DNA of 64,000 bases from an uncultured cyanobacterium (GCA_963793265.1 CAWBZI010000007.1:64001-128000), one strand, 5' to 3'; positions 33,102-44,341 are shown, counted from the first letter of the stretch. Made by a program: numbers and translations. Notes: generated from the letters alone by a model not told the origin.

Positions 33102-35333
33102 ATGGCGACAAAATTTCCAAAATTTAGTCAGGAGTTGCAGCAAGATCCGACCACCCGGCGGATCTTCTATTCCATCGCCACGGCACATGACTTTGAAAGC
33201 CACGATGGCATGAATGAGGAAAGTCTTTATCAAAGGATTTTCGCTTCCCATTTTGGCCATATTGCCATTATCTTTTTATGGACTTCTGGCACTCTCTTTC
33301 ATGTGGCCTGGCAGGGCAACTTTGAACAGTGGATTCAAGATCCGCTTGGGCGATCGCCCATTGCTCACGCCATCTGGGATCCTCAGTTCGGCCCGGCAGC
33401 GATGGAAGCCTTCACAGTGGCGGGGGCACGTAACCCAGTTGATCTGTGCTATTCGGGGGTTTATCACTGGTGGTATACCATCGGAATGCGGACGAATAAC
33501 GATTTGTTTTCAGGCGCGATGTTTTTACTGCTGCTAGCAGCGATGATGCTCTTTGCGGGCTGGCTGCATTTGCAGCCCAGGTTCCGCCCTGGTTTGGCCT
33601 GGTTTAAGAATGCCGAATCTCGGCTGAACCATCACCTGGCCGGTTTGTTCGGCGTGAGCGCCCTGGCCTGGACAGGTCACCTCGTACATGTGGCAATTCC
33701 CGAGTCTCGCGGTCAGCATGTGGGCTGGGATAATTTTCTCTCGATGCCGCCGCATCCTGAAGGGCTCAAGCCTTTCTTTACGGGTGACTGGGGAGCCTAT
33801 GCGCTTAATCCCGATTCCGCAGAGCACGTGTTCAACAGTTCTCAGGGCGCAGGCACGGCGATTCTTACCTTTTTGGGTGGGTTTCATCCGCAAACGGAGT
33901 CGCTGTGGCTGACGGATATGGCGCATCACCATTTGGCGATCGCAGTCATATTCATCATCGCGGGCCATATGTACCGCACCAACTTTGGCATCGGGCACAA
34001 CATCAAAGAGATGACCGAATCGCTTCAGGGCCCCGGCCCCGATGGGTTCTTCATTGCGCCTAATACAGGGCGCGGTCACCAAGGCATCTACGACACCTAC
34101 AACAACTCTTTGCACTTCCAGCTTGCGTGGCATTTGGCCTGCCTGGGTGTGGTGTGTTCGCTAGTGGCTCAGCATATGTATGCCATGCCGCCCTATGCCT
34201 TCATAGCACGTGACTACACGACTACGGCCTCGCTCTACACCCATCACCAGTACATCGCTGGCTTCATTATGCTGGGGGCGTTCGCCCATGGCGCTATTTT
34301 CTTAGTGCGAGACTACGATCCGGTTCTAAATGAGAACAACGTGCTCGCTAGAGTGCTAGACCATAAAGAAGCGATTATCTCTCACCTGAGCTGGGTGTCT
34401 TTGTTTCTAGGTTTTCACACGCTGGCGCTATATGTGCATAACGACTGTGAGGTGGCTTTTGGTAGCCCCGACAAGCAGATTCTAGTAGAGCCTGTGTTTG
34501 CGCAGTGGATTCAAGCTTTTCACGGCAAAACGCTGTACGGGATTAATTCGCTGCTCTCTAATTCAGATAGCATTGCTTCAACGGCCTGGCCGAATCATGC
34601 AAACGTGTGGCTACCAGGCTGGCTAGAGGGGATCAATAGCGGCACGAACTCGCTGTTTTTAGCGATTGGGCCGGGAGACTTTTTAGTGCATCATGCGATC
34701 GCCCTCGGTCTGCATGTCACCACCCTTATCCTGGTAAAAGGCGCACTAGACGCCCGTGGCTCTAAGCTAATGCCCGACAAAAAAGACTTTGGCTACGCAT
34801 TTCCCTGCGATGGCCCCGGTCGTGGCGGCACCTGCGATATCTCCGCCTGGGATTCTGTTTACCTTGCAACTTTCTGGATGCTCAACACGCTGGGCTGGGT
34901 GACCTTTTACTGGCACTGGAAGCACCTTGCCATTTGGAGCGGCAACGTAGCCCAGTTTAACGAAGGCTCTACCTATCTCATGGGCTGGTTTAGAGACTAT
35001 CTGTGGCTCAACTCCGCTCAGCTAATCAATGGCTATAACCCGTACGGTACCAATAACCTCGCCATCTGGGCTTGGATCTTTCTGTTTGGTCATCTGGTTT
35101 GGGCGATTAGCTTTATGTTCCTCATTACCTGGCGCGGGTACTGGCAAGAGCTAATTGAAACGCTGATGTGGGCGCACGAAAACACGCCGCTCTCCTTTGG
35201 CTATCCCAAAGACAAGCCGGTTGCCCTGTCGATTGTGCAGGCAAGGCTGGTCGGGCTCACCCATTTCACCGTCGGCTACATCGCGACCTATGGAGCCTTT
35301 CTAATTGCCTCCACCAGTAGTCGATTCCCGTGA
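33102..35333 (+). CDS. psaB2: Far-red PSI core protein PsaB2
   Basis: [28 protein letters not shown]; FaRLiP context. Confidence 0.97.
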   Translation: MATKFPKFSQELQQDPTTRRIFYSIATAHDFESHDGMNEESLYQRIFASHFGHIAIIFLWTSGTLFHVAWQGNFEQWIQDPLGRSPIAHAIWDPQFGPAAMEAFTVAGARNPVDLCYSGVYHWWYTIGMRTNNDLFSGAMFLLLLAAMMLFAGWLHLQPRFRPGLAWFKNAESRLNHHLAGLFGVSALAWTGHLVHVAIPESRGQHVGWDNFLSMPPHPEGLKPFFTGDWGAYALNPDSAEHVFNSSQGAGTAILTFLGGFHPQTESLWLTDMAHHHLAIAVIFIIAGHMYRTNFGIGHNIKEMTESLQGPGPDGFFIAPNTGRGHQGIYDTYNNSLHFQLAWHLACLGVVCSLVAQHMYAMPPYAFIARDYTTTASLYTHHQYIAGFIMLGAFAHGAIFLVRDYDPVLNENNVLARVLDHKEAIISHLSWVSLFLGFHTLALYVHNDCEVAFGSPDKQILVEPVFAQWIQAFHGKTLYGINSLLSNSDSIASTAWPNHANVWLPGWLEGINSGTNSLFLAIGPGDFLVHHAIALGLHVTTLILVKGALDARGSKLMPDKKDFGYAFPCDGPGRGGTCDISAWDSVYLATFWMLNTLGWVTFYWHWKHLAIWSGNVAQFNEGSTYLMGWFRDYLWLNSAQLINGYNPYGTNNLAIWAWIFLFGHLVWAISFMFLITWRGYWQELIETLMWAHENTPLSFGYPKDKPVALSIVQARLVGLTHFTVGYIATYGAFLIASTSSRFP

Positions 35334-35531
35334 TACGCATTGCCGGAAGCGTCTCCTTCTAGTTTTTTCTGGAGTTCTCTTCTGGCACCCATTCTGTGGA
35401 CTCTCCTCGTCCCAGACACACGTCCTGATTGCTAGACCGATCAGGACTTTCTTTCCCCTTTTTCTGCTTTCAACTGTCCGCTTTTAACTGTTCGCTTTTA
35501 ACCTCTGCTATTCGCGTATCGAGGCAAACAC

Positions 35532-36074
35532 ATGACCTCCACATTCACCAGTACTCTGCCCGATCTCTCGGGTAAAAACGATCCCATTGGGCCCTATAAA
35601 GGCGATCCACAGCTAGGCAATTTAGCAACGCCTATCAACAGCTCTAATCTGGTTAAGGCATACATTAATAACCTACCGGCCTATCGCCCTGGCCTAACGC
35701 CTTTTTTGAGGGGTCTAGAGATTGGCATGGCCCACGGCTACTTTTTAATTGGGCCAGAAATTGTAGTTGGCCCGCTGCGAGAGACGAGCCACGGCGCTAA
35801 TTTAGGTGGCTTAATTACGGCTATCTATATCACCGTATCGGCCTGCTTAGGTATTTCTATCTTCGCGCTAGCGACTTTCCAAAACGATCCTAGAGGCGCT
35901 TATAACTCTCATTCTAACGATCGACTGCGACCGCTTCGTAGCAAAGAAGACTGGTATCAGCTCAGCGGCGGTATTTTGCTTGGCTCTATGGGTGGCGCTA
36001 TTTTTGCCTATGGGCTATTGGAAAATTTTGACGCGCTAGATGCCATTTTGAGAGGGGCTGTTAATGCTGGTTGA
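35532..36074 (+). CDS. psaL2: Far-red PSI subunit XI
   Basis: GNLATPINSS, NLPAYRPGL, RGLEIGMAHGYFL. Confidence 0.95.
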   Translation: MTSTFTSTLPDLSGKNDPIGPYKGDPQLGNLATPINSSNLVKAYINNLPAYRPGLTPFLRGLEIGMAHGYFLIGPEIVVGPLRETSHGANLGGLITAIYITVSACLGISIFALATFQNDPRGAYNSHSNDRLRPLRSKEDWYQLSGGILLGSMGGAIFAYGLLENFDALDAILRGAVNAG

Positions 36075-36116
36075 CGGCTTTGTTGGATTGCTTACTTTAT
36101 AGAATAGATAAATACC

Positions 36117-36290
36117 ATGGCTGATATCACACAACTGACGGGCGACTATGCGGCTTCCTGGCTGCCCTGGATCTTTATTCCGATGCTTACCTATATTCTT
36201 CCTTTTCCAGTCTTTGCGATTCTCTTTCTTTGGATCGAAAGAGAAGTTCCAGGCGAAGAAGAGATGGGTCAGGATGTTTCTTCTTTGTAA
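36117..36290 (+). CDS. psaI2: Far-red PSI subunit VIII (57 aa, not in ORF track)
   Basis: Manual translation MADITQLTGDYAASWLPWIFIPMLTYILPFPVFAILFLWIEREVPGEEEMGQDVSSL*. Confidence 0.92.
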   Translation: MADITQLTGDYAASWLPWIFIPMLTYILPFPVFAILFLWIEREVPGEEEMGQDVSSL

Positions 36291-36347
36291 GTAGGTTTAT
36301 CCGATTAACGCCCCTACGAGTTTTTGTTTCTTGCGAGGATATTTTCA

Positions 36348-36851
36348 ATGCGAAGGATATTTTCAATGCTGTTGATAGGGTCTATTTGGCTCGGTATGGC
36401 CTTTATAGCTCCGGTGGCTACGGCTGCTCAGCTTCCTGGTCAAAGCACTCATTTAGTGCCTTGCAGTCAGTCACCAGCATTTTTAGATCGAATGAAAGCT
36501 GCGCCGCAGACTTACTATTTCGATACACCCTATCAGTCTTATTCGTCTAACTTGCTCTGTGGGGCTGAAGGATTACCTCACTTGCAGCTAAGGTTTGATC
36601 GGGCGGTTGATATTGCCATTCCCTTTGCTATTTTCTTTTATGTCACTGGCTTTATTGGCTGGTCAGGCCGAGCCTACTTGATTGGAAGTAAAGACGATAA
36701 AAAGCCGGAAGAAATGGAGATCTTTATTAGTCCGGCGCTGGCTGCTCGCTCATTTTTGCAGGGGTTGCTCTGGCCACTAGCAGCGCTCAAAGCGCTAACC
36801 TCTGGCGAGCTGACGGCTGAGAAATCTAAGATCTCTGTATCACCTCGATAA
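36348..36851 (+). CDS. psaF2: Far-red PSI subunit III
   Basis: LVPCSQSPAF, LCGAEGLPHL, GFIGWSGRAYL, ISVSPR C-terminus; ATG 36348 with GAGG RBS. Confidence 0.95.
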   Translation: MRRIFSMLLIGSIWLGMAFIAPVATAAQLPGQSTHLVPCSQSPAFLDRMKAAPQTYYFDTPYQSYSSNLLCGAEGLPHLQLRFDRAVDIAIPFAIFFYVTGFIGWSGRAYLIGSKDDKKPEEMEIFISPALAARSFLQGLLWPLAALKALTSGELTAEKSKISVSPR

Positions 36852-36894
36852 CGTATCGCTACTGGCTACTTTAGCTACTTTCTAGGAGAACGCT

Positions 36895-37032
36895 ATGAAA
36901 TACCTTGCAAAATACATAACCAGTGCGCCAATTATGGCGACGCTTACACTGGTTTCTTTGTCTATCGTTTTGATTGAGTTAAATCACGTTTTTCCAGGTT
37001 TGCAGTACGGCACATACTTTCACACGCCTTGA
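36895..37032 (+). CDS. psaJ2: Far-red PSI subunit IX (45 aa, not in ORF track)
   Basis: Manual translation MKYLAKYITSAPIMATLTLVSLSIVLIELNHVFPGLQYGTYFHTP*; AGGAG RBS. Confidence 0.92.
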   Translation: MKYLAKYITSAPIMATLTLVSLSIVLIELNHVFPGLQYGTYFHTP

Positions 37033-37280
37033 ATAAGTTCTTCGCTTACAGACGCGATGAGGGCTCGCTTGAACTGTGTAGGAAGATGAACAAATGTTGC
37101 AGGCAATATTTTTCATAACACGCTATTGCCTGTAGCATCGAGCCTGTCGGTATTCTGGCAGGCTCAACTTTTATAAATTTTGGTGAGATTTTAATCGATG
37201 CCGTTACAATCGGCTCATATGGAGTTCTTACTTTAGGCTCTGTAAGAGAATGTTGGATCACTTTTGATAGGCTGCGAATC

Positions 37281-39209
37281 ATGAGAATTCTACTTGTAGA
37301 GGATGATGAGTCAGTTGCTAAAGTGCTGAAAAATCTGCTGAGCAGTGAGGGCTATACGGTAGATGCTGCGCACGATGGTTTTTTGGGCTGGCAGCTAGCA
37401 AGTGCTTCCCATTACGATCTAGTAATTTTAGATGTTGTTTTACCCAATATCGGCGGGCTGGAATTTTGTCGGCGGCTGCGCGAGCAGTCTTATAATATGC
37501 CGGTGCTGCTGGCGACTGCGCTTGACTCTAGCGATAAGAAGATAGATGGGCTAGACGCGGGTGCGGATGATTATATTACAAAACCTTTTGAGCCTAAGGA
37601 GCTGTTGGCTCGGGTGCGGGCGCTATTAAGGCGCACTCAAACGTCTATTTCTCTGGCTTTTGATTGGGGCAAGCTGCGGTTGGAGCCCCATAGTCGAAAT
37701 GTGGTTTATGCAGAGAATGTGCTAAGCCTGACGCCGAAAGAGTATTCGCTGTTGGAGCTGTTTTTAAGAAATTCGTCTCAGGTGTTTAGCAGAAGGGCAA
37801 TTTTGGATAACCTGTGGAGCTACAGCGAAGCGCCGGGCGAGGAAACGGTGACTTCTCATATTAAAGGGTTGCGACGGAAGCTCTCGGCGGCGGGTGCTCC
37901 GGCTGATTTTATTGAAACGGTTTATGGGGTGGGCTATCGGCTAAAGCCAATGGCGGAGGCTGTTTGCGTTCAAGAAGACGCGAATAAGGCGGCCGCGGAT
38001 CGTCGTCAAAAAACGAAGGTTGCGCTGGCGACTTTGTGGAAGTCGGTGAAAGTTCATCAGGTTAAAAGATTAAATCTGTTGAAGACATCACTTGAGGCGC
38101 TACAAACTAACCAGCTTTCTGCACAGTCGAGAGTGTCTGCCTATCGGGCGGCGCATAGTCTGATTGGCGTGCTGGGAATTTTTGGATTCAAAGCAGCTTC
38201 TGATCTGGCGATAGAAATTCAAGATTTGCTGGCGGGCAATCTGCCGATTGGGCCAGAAGATCAAGAACAGTTGCGATCGCTCATTCGCAAAATAGAAATG
38301 CAGCTCAATGAGGCCGTGCAGCTATCAGAATCAACCTCGAATACAAACTGTATTCCGCTATTGGTGCTCATGGATTCTCAGCTAACGCTAGCGCCTAAGA
38401 TGGTCAGCGCACTTTGGCAAAAAGGGTTAACCGTCAAAATAGCGCCTCATATAGAGGCGCTGCAAAATCTTTTGGTTGCCTCTAGGAGCATTCAGCCTCA
38501 GACAGTTCAAGCGGGTTCTCAAGAACAGGCTTTTGTAGGTGTGAAGGAGTCTGAGTTAAAAGGTATTTTACCAGATGTCGTGCTGCTTGATTTTTCGGTT
38601 GATAAAGCGACCGCTGAGGAGATAGCTCAGCTATCGGATCTTATTCAACAGGTGCCGTCTTTGATGGTTTTGACCTGTAGTGCTGACGGGTCGCTGATGA
38701 CTCGGGCTAAGGCTTCTAAGCTGGGTAACTATCCTTTTCTCTACAATCCAAATGCAGCCGGTATCATTGCAGGCATTGAGATACTGAGATCGCACGCTCA
38801 TCAGACCTCAAGCAAGATTTTAGCAGTGGATGACGATCCTAAAATCTTAGCGGCCTTGCGGGCTCAGCTAGAGCCTCAGGGCTTCGAGATTGTGACGCTA
38901 AATGAGCCGCTTGATTTTTGGCGATCGCTCCAAGAAGCCGCGCCCGATCTGCTGCTGCTTGATATTTCCATGCCTGAGTTTGACGGCCTTGAGCTGTGTC
39001 AGATTGTTCGCCAGGCCCCAGACTGGAACCATCTGCCGATTGTGTTCTTTACCTCTCACGCCGACGCTCGCACAAAGCAAGCCGCGTTTCGAGCAGGTGC
39101 AGATGATTTAGTTGAAAAGTCTTCTCATAGCGCGGAGCTGTCTGCGCACCTTTGCAATCAAATTAAGCGATCGCACCTCCAGCAGGCAATATCAGCGATC
39201 GCCTCTTAG
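37281..39209 (+). CDS. rfpB: FaRLiP transcriptional activator (REC, OmpR wHTH, Hpt, REC-like, REC)
   Basis: MRILLVEDD, GADDYITKPF, LTPKEY, IETVYGVGY, AHSLIG (Hpt), C-terminal REC. Confidence 0.93.
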   Translation: MRILLVEDDESVAKVLKNLLSSEGYTVDAAHDGFLGWQLASASHYDLVILDVVLPNIGGLEFCRRLREQSYNMPVLLATALDSSDKKIDGLDAGADDYITKPFEPKELLARVRALLRRTQTSISLAFDWGKLRLEPHSRNVVYAENVLSLTPKEYSLLELFLRNSSQVFSRRAILDNLWSYSEAPGEETVTSHIKGLRRKLSAAGAPADFIETVYGVGYRLKPMAEAVCVQEDANKAAADRRQKTKVALATLWKSVKVHQVKRLNLLKTSLEALQTNQLSAQSRVSAYRAAHSLIGVLGIFGFKAASDLAIEIQDLLAGNLPIGPEDQEQLRSLIRKIEMQLNEAVQLSESTSNTNCIPLLVLMDSQLTLAPKMVSALWQKGLTVKIAPHIEALQNLLVASRSIQPQTVQAGSQEQAFVGVKESELKGILPDVVLLDFSVDKATAEEIAQLSDLIQQVPSLMVLTCSADGSLMTRAKASKLGNYPFLYNPNAAGIIAGIEILRSHAHQTSSKILAVDDDPKILAALRAQLEPQGFEIVTLNEPLDFWRSLQEAAPDLLLLDISMPEFDGLELCQIVRQAPDWNHLPIVFFTSHADARTKQAAFRAGADDLVEKSSHSAELSAHLCNQIKRSHLQQAISAIAS

Positions 39210-39242
39210 CCTCATTTGATACCGCATTTGGCTTCTTTAACG

Positions 39243-41795
39243 ATGCAATCCTCTTACCTTCCTGTCAAAAATCTAGAAGATCTGGTGCATCGGATGACCG
39301 ATCGCATTCGGCGATCGCTTGAGCTGCCCGAAATCTTAGAGGCGACAGCAGATGAACTCAGGCGGTTTTTAAAAGTCGATCGGGTGAAGGTTTATCGGTT
39401 TCATGATGACGCGAGTGGAGAAGTGGTTGCAGAGGCGATTAAACGCCAGCGGCTGCCTTCGCTGCTAGGCCAAAGATTTCCGGCAGGAGATATTCCAGAG
39501 GACGCTCGCGAGCTTTTTTTGGCGGTACGCCAGCGCAGCATTGTGAACGTTGCTAGGCACGAGATTGGCGTTAGCCCGCTGTTGAGCGAGCAAAAAGTAA
39601 GCGAGCCGCAAAATGCTCTATTGGCCAATCTCTCTTTTCGCAAGGTCGATCCCTGCCATATTGAGTATTTGAAGGCAATGGGCGTGCAGGCGTCTTTGGT
39701 GGTGCCAATTCTGCATCGGCACAAGCTTTGGGGCCTTTTGGTCGCTCACCATAGCGTGGCCCGGCGGTTTGGCAACAAAGAGTTGGAGATAGTGCAGCTC
39801 ATTGCCGATCAGGTGACAGTGGCGATCGCGCACGCTAATTTGCTACAGATTACGCGATCGCAGGGCCAGCATGAGTCTGTGATTAATCAAACAGTTTCGC
39901 ACCTGCACTCCACGGGTAATAATCCGCTTAAAAACGCCTTATCCCAGATGGTAAGCGCGCTAGGGTGCGTAGGCGGTCGGCTGTATATACCCACAGACAA
40001 AGCTGGCTTTCGGCTGATTACCGACGGCATACAGCCACAGACGCTCAAGACCTCGATTGAAAGCGGACTTGAACCGTCAGGTGCCGCCACTGTTTTGGAG
40101 CGGCAGTCTAGCTGGAAAACCTGGCTAGAAGCTGAAGCCGATAGCCAAATTGTTGCTAACTTATGGGCTATTGCCGATATAGAACATCCTCGTGTTTCTT
40201 CGGGGATTGTTTCAGCTTTTTCGCGGAGCCATATACGAGGCGTTTTGGTGGCCAAGCTGGTGCATCGAAACCGATTTTTAGGCTACTTGAGTCTGTTTCG
40301 TCAGGCAATAGATACAGAGACAATTTGGGCCGGGCGGCTAGATGCGAGTGACGCTAGGCAGCAGCGCCCGCGCGAGTCCTTTGAGGCATGGCGAGAGATT
40401 AAAAAGGAGCAGCCGCAGCCCTGGCGATCAAGAGAGATTGGCTTAGCCCAAGATTTGGCCGACCGGTTTGCTTCTGCTATTTATCAAATGCAGCTATACG
40501 AGAAGGTGCAGGCGCTCAATGCTAATTTGGAAGCGCATGTGCTGCAGCGGACGGCGCAGCTTGAGCAGGCAAATGAAAGCTTAAAGCAAGAAATTACTGA
40601 GCGGGAGCGAGCGTTTGATGAGCTGCAAAAGGCGCGGGATGCGCTGAAGCGTTTGAGCCATCAAAACGAACTGATTCTTGATTCAGCCGGAGAAGGTATT
40701 TATGGCATTGATCCTAAAGGCAAAATAGTCTTTGTTAATCCGGCAGCACTCAAGGCTTTGGGCCGCTCAAAGAAGGCTGTGATTAATTATTTTATGCACG
40801 ACCTTATCTGTCACTCAAAGCCTGATGGTACTCGCTATCCCTGGCGACAAAGCCCTATATACAACACGCTAAAGCACGGACAAACGCAGCACGTAGCGGG
40901 TGATTTGTTTCAGCGGCAAGGGCAGAGCTTTCCGGTTGAATACGTGAGTACTTCGATTTGGGAGCAGGGCAAGATTATTGGGGCTGTGGTTGTCTTTCAA
41001 GATATTACGGAAAGGCAGGAAATAGAGCTGATGAGGGATGAGTTTATTGCGGTGGTGAGCCATGAGCTGAGAACGCCTTTGACCTCTATTCGGGCTGCTT
41101 TGGGCCTGCTTGCGCAAAAGAAGCTAGAGGTTCCGGCAGCTCAGCGTCAGCGGATGGTCGAGATTGCATTTTCCAATACAAACCGGCTGGTTCGGCTGGT
41201 TAGCGATATTCTCGATGTGGAGCGTATTAAGCTAGGGAAAATTACGCTGAGCCCGCAAACTTGCGACTTGGCTGAGATTATGACTCAGGCGGCTGATGAG
41301 ATGAGAGCGATGGCTGAGAACCGCAATATCTCTTTGAAGGTGTCACCGCTTTCGATTCAGATTGAGGTGGATCGCGATCGCATCGTTCAAACGCTTACAA
41401 ACCTGCTGAGCAATGCCATTAAGTTTTCACCCACGGGCCGCGCGGTCGCGGTGAGTGCTCAGCAGGTTGATGCAACTGGCCAACTGCAAATAGCGCATGA
41501 ATTAAGCGCTGCTGGCGAAAAGGCAATTCAGGCGACGCTGGCGCAGGCTCCTTCAATACTGTTAATTCAGGTGAAAGATCAGGGCGAGGGCATTCCTGAA
41601 GATAAGCTAGAAGCTGTTTTTGGACAGTTTGAGCAGCTCAACACGTCAGATGCGGCGCATCAGGGTGGAACCGGGCTAGGACTGGCGATTTGTCGCAGTA
41701 TTGTGCAGCAGCATCGGGGCAAAATTTGGGCGCAGAGTGTGCCGGGTGTAGGTAGCACTTTTTGCTTTACGCTGCCGCTGCCGTGGACTAATTAG
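39243..41795 (+). CDS. rfpA: Knotless red/far-red phytochrome histidine kinase (GAF-PHY-PAS-HK)
   Basis: GDIPEDAR, PCHIEYL (bilin Cys), PRESF tongue, SHELRTP, GTGLGL; ATG 39243 preferred over TTG 39216. Confidence 0.95.
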   Translation: MQSSYLPVKNLEDLVHRMTDRIRRSLELPEILEATADELRRFLKVDRVKVYRFHDDASGEVVAEAIKRQRLPSLLGQRFPAGDIPEDARELFLAVRQRSIVNVARHEIGVSPLLSEQKVSEPQNALLANLSFRKVDPCHIEYLKAMGVQASLVVPILHRHKLWGLLVAHHSVARRFGNKELEIVQLIADQVTVAIAHANLLQITRSQGQHESVINQTVSHLHSTGNNPLKNALSQMVSALGCVGGRLYIPTDKAGFRLITDGIQPQTLKTSIESGLEPSGAATVLERQSSWKTWLEAEADSQIVANLWAIADIEHPRVSSGIVSAFSRSHIRGVLVAKLVHRNRFLGYLSLFRQAIDTETIWAGRLDASDARQQRPRESFEAWREIKKEQPQPWRSREIGLAQDLADRFASAIYQMQLYEKVQALNANLEAHVLQRTAQLEQANESLKQEITERERAFDELQKARDALKRLSHQNELILDSAGEGIYGIDPKGKIVFVNPAALKALGRSKKAVINYFMHDLICHSKPDGTRYPWRQSPIYNTLKHGQTQHVAGDLFQRQGQSFPVEYVSTSIWEQGKIIGAVVVFQDITERQEIELMRDEFIAVVSHELRTPLTSIRAALGLLAQKKLEVPAAQRQRMVEIAFSNTNRLVRLVSDILDVERIKLGKITLSPQTCDLAEIMTQAADEMRAMAENRNISLKVSPLSIQIEVDRDRIVQTLTNLLSNAIKFSPTGRAVAVSAQQVDATGQLQIAHELSAAGEKAIQATLAQAPSILLIQVKDQGEGIPEDKLEAVFGQFEQLNTSDAAHQGGTGLGLAICRSIVQQHRGKIWAQSVPGVGSTFCFTLPLPWTN

Positions 41796-41818
41796 GGCGG
41801 CTTCAGAAGAATATCAGA

Positions 41819-42247
41819 TTGTTTGTTTATACATCGGAGGAAAGACCTGTGAGGACTGTGACCGTGGCGACTAAGCGAATTTTGATTGTGGACGATGATC
41901 CTGATATTCGTGAGGCTACTCAGCTATGCCTTGAAATTACGGGGCAGTGGGAAGTGCTAAAGGCGGCAAATGGGCCGGATGGGATAGCGATCGCGCGGCA
42001 AGAAAAACCTGATGCGATTCTTTTGGACATGATGCTACCGGGTATGGACGGGCTAACAATCTTGCAGCGGCTGCGAGAAAATCCTGAGACGCGGCAGATT
42101 CCGATTGTTATTCTTACCGCTAAAGCGCAGTCTCATGAGCAGCAGTATTTCGGTCAGCTAAAAGTGGCTTCTGTGATTACAAAGCCATACGATCCGCTCA
42201 CTATCTCAGACCAGATCGCAACAGCGCTCACGGCTTCAGTTGATTAG
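41819..42247 (+). CDS. rfpC: CheY-like response regulator
   Basis: ILIVDDD, AILLDMMLPGMDG, ITKPYDP; true start probably a downstream GTG. Confidence 0.92.
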   Translation: MFVYTSEERPVRTVTVATKRILIVDDDPDIREATQLCLEITGQWEVLKAANGPDGIAIARQEKPDAILLDMMLPGMDGLTILQRLRENPETRQIPIVILTAKAQSHEQQYFGQLKVASVITKPYDPLTISDQIATALTASVD

Positions 42248-42428
42248 TATGACCCGCGTTCAAAACTCAACCTATCCTCAACCTATTGAAACATAGCCAG
42301 TACTTATATATCTCTTTCAAAATCAGCATCGTCCATGTGCTGTCAGTTTAGATATTATTTTATTGAAATCTCCAGAACATCAATATTTCTCTAAAGAGAA
42401 ACCTTTGATTTCTAAATTGCGTCAACAA

Positions 42429-42462
42429 CGCTCTCCATACCCTTAATGGAGAGCGCTTTCTT
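42429..42462 (+). terminator. Hairpin downstream of rfpC
   Basis: CGCTCTCCAT-acccTTA-ATGGAGAGCG 10-bp stem followed by CTTTCTTT. Confidence 0.5.
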
Positions 42463-42570
42463 TAAAGAGCACTTTCAGCTAGGCATCCTCCGTAACTTTT
42501 CTAAAGATGGGTAGTTGCCTGACTAAAAAGCCTTTAAAGTAACCATATCCATTTATATTTATGTCGCTGT

Positions 42571-42798
42571 ATGCCTGTACAAACCGTTGGAACGCCGCCG
42601 CCCGAAGCCGATCAGCTACGCGCAGATGTTGAAAAGCAGCTCCCGAATATCATCGCTAGCTTTAGCGAGGTATTGCAAAAGCAGTTCGGCTTTGAGAATT
42701 TGAGAGTTGGTGGGTTCACCGTTGTTCCAGGATCCGCTGTTCCAGAAGCTGCCGAAAACAACATTTCTTGTGATGAGGAAGGCTGCTCTCTCGACTAG
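42571..42798 (+). CDS. Small acidic hypothetical protein with C-terminal CxxxxC
   Basis: 75-aa ATG ORF with protein-like composition, ending ISCDEEGCSLD. Confidence 0.7.
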   Translation: MPVQTVGTPPPEADQLRADVEKQLPNIIASFSEVLQKQFGFENLRVGGFTVVPGSAVPEAAENNISCDEEGCSLD

Positions 42799-42837
42799 CA
42801 CAGCCAAACGGCAGCGTTAGGAAAGTCTTTGGAACGC

Positions 42838-42869
42838 TTCATAACATCTCCATTTTGCTTTGTTCTAAT
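42838..42869 (+). promoter_or_regulatory. Candidate RfpB box plus -10 element, psbA3
   Basis: TTCAT-aacatc-TCCAT-N10-TCTAAT. Confidence 0.7.
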
Positions 42870-42907
42870 AGGCGTGGTCACTTAAATAACCCATCCTACA
42901 AAACAAA

Positions 42908-43987
42908 ATGACTATTTCTATCCAACGTCCTAACACAACCCAGTGGGAGAGATTCTGCCGCTGGATTACTAGCACCGAAAACCGACTGTATATCGGCTGG
43001 TTTGGCGTTTTGATGCTGCCGCTTTTGGGCGTTTCAATTACCGTTTTTGTCACGGCTTTTATTGCCGCGCCCCCGGTTGATATTGACGGCATTCGCGAGC
43101 CGCTATCGGGCTCACTGCTGTATGGCAACAATATTATTACCGCCGCTGTAGTCCCAACCTCTAACGCGGTCGGACTGCATTTTTACCCCATTTGGGAGGC
43201 TGCTACGCTTGATGAATGGCTCTATAACGGTGGGCCTTACCAGATGATCGCCTTCCACTATATTCCAGCGCTGCTCTGCTATTTAGGGCGAGAGTGGGAG
43301 TTGAGCTATCGATTAGGAATGCGCCCTTGGATTTGCATTGCCTACTCTGCACCCGTGGCGGCGACAATCTCAGTTTTTCTGATCTATCCGATTGGTCAGG
43401 GCAGCTTTTCTGACGGCCTGCCTATGGGCATCAGCGGCACTTTCAACTTCATGTTCGTTTTCCAGGCGGAGCACAACATTCTGATGCACCCGTTTCATAT
43501 GATCGGAGTTGCAGGTGTGCTGGGCGGTTCGCTCTTTTGTGCCATGCACGGTTCTCTGGTCACATCTAGTTTAATTAGAGAAACCTCTGACGTTGAGTCT
43601 CAAAACCAGGGCTATAAGTTTGGTCAGGAAGAAGAGACTTATAACATCCTTGCGGCTCACGGCTACTTTGGCCGGTTGATTTTTCAATACGCCAGCTTTA
43701 ATAACTCTCGCCAGCTACACTTTTTCTTAGCAGCGTGGCCTGTTATTTGCATTTGGATTGTGGCTCTGGGCATTAGCACCATGGCGTTCAACCTCAATGG
43801 CTTTAACTTCAACCATTCCGTGCTCGACTCTCAGGGCCGGGTGCTACCAAGCTGGGCAGATGTCGTGAATCGTGCAAGTTTGGGCTTTGAAGTGATGCAC
43901 GAGCGCAATGCTCATAACTTCCCGCTAGATTTGGCTAGTGGTGAGGCAACGCCTATCGCCCTGCAAGCGCCTGATATTCAGGCTTAG
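42908..43987 (+). CDS. psbA3: Far-red D1 protein
   Basis: Mn ligands retained ([24 protein letters not shown]); FRL-type AFHYIP and DGLPMG. Confidence 0.96.
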   Translation: MTISIQRPNTTQWERFCRWITSTENRLYIGWFGVLMLPLLGVSITVFVTAFIAAPPVDIDGIREPLSGSLLYGNNIITAAVVPTSNAVGLHFYPIWEAATLDEWLYNGGPYQMIAFHYIPALLCYLGREWELSYRLGMRPWICIAYSAPVAATISVFLIYPIGQGSFSDGLPMGISGTFNFMFVFQAEHNILMHPFHMIGVAGVLGGSLFCAMHGSLVTSSLIRETSDVESQNQGYKFGQEEETYNILAAHGYFGRLIFQYASFNNSRQLHFFLAAWPVICIWIVALGISTMAFNLNGFNFNHSVLDSQGRVLPSWADVVNRASLGFEVMHERNAHNFPLDLASGEATPIALQAPDIQA

Positions 43988-44102
43988 CTTACGTTTGAAT
44001 TGGCGCTAGTTTAGCTTTCGCGGATACCTCCACAGCGGCGCTTTCCTTTTGCGAGAGCGCTTTCTTTGCCTTGGGAAAGATGCAGCTTCAATTCTGTTGC
44101 TG

Positions 44103-44140
44103 ACACCCAGTCAACACCCAGTCAACACCCAGTCAACACC
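44103..44140 (+). repeat. 11-bp tandem repeat (ACACCCAGTCA x3 plus partial)
   Basis: ACACCCAGTCA ACACCCAGTCA ACACCCAGTCA ACACC. Confidence 0.85.
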
Positions 44141-44256
44141 TACTTGGCACCTATCTTTGGCCGCAGATAGCTCTCTATCTAACGACAGATCATAAGCGAT
44201 CGCTATAACAACAGCCATATATCCTAATGCATATTGTTCTCATTTAGGGGGCGTCC

Positions 44257-44288
44257 TCCATAAGTTCTCCATATTTGTTTTTTAAATT
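44257..44288 (+). promoter_or_regulatory. Candidate RfpB box plus -10 element, USP/CBS unit
   Basis: TCCAT-aagttc-TCCAT-N10-TAAATT. Confidence 0.68.
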
Positions 44289-44296
44289 CTAAAGTA

Positions 44297-44326
44297 ACTA
44301 TCTACAGACGTACTATCTACAGACGT
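44297..44326 (+). repeat. 15-bp exact tandem duplication
   Basis: ACTATCTACAGACGT x2. Confidence 0.9.
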
Positions 44327-44341
44327 AAAGAGACTCCCCTG

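Noticed and set aside
36230..36550. 106-aa ORF between psaL2 and psaF2
   Set aside because: Overlaps the real psaI2 and psaF2 in another frame.
42266..42286. CTCAACCTAT direct repeat with 11-bp period after rfpC as another RfpB box
   Set aside because: Half-sites read CTCAA rather than YYCAT, and no -10-like hexamer lies at the 10-nt distance.
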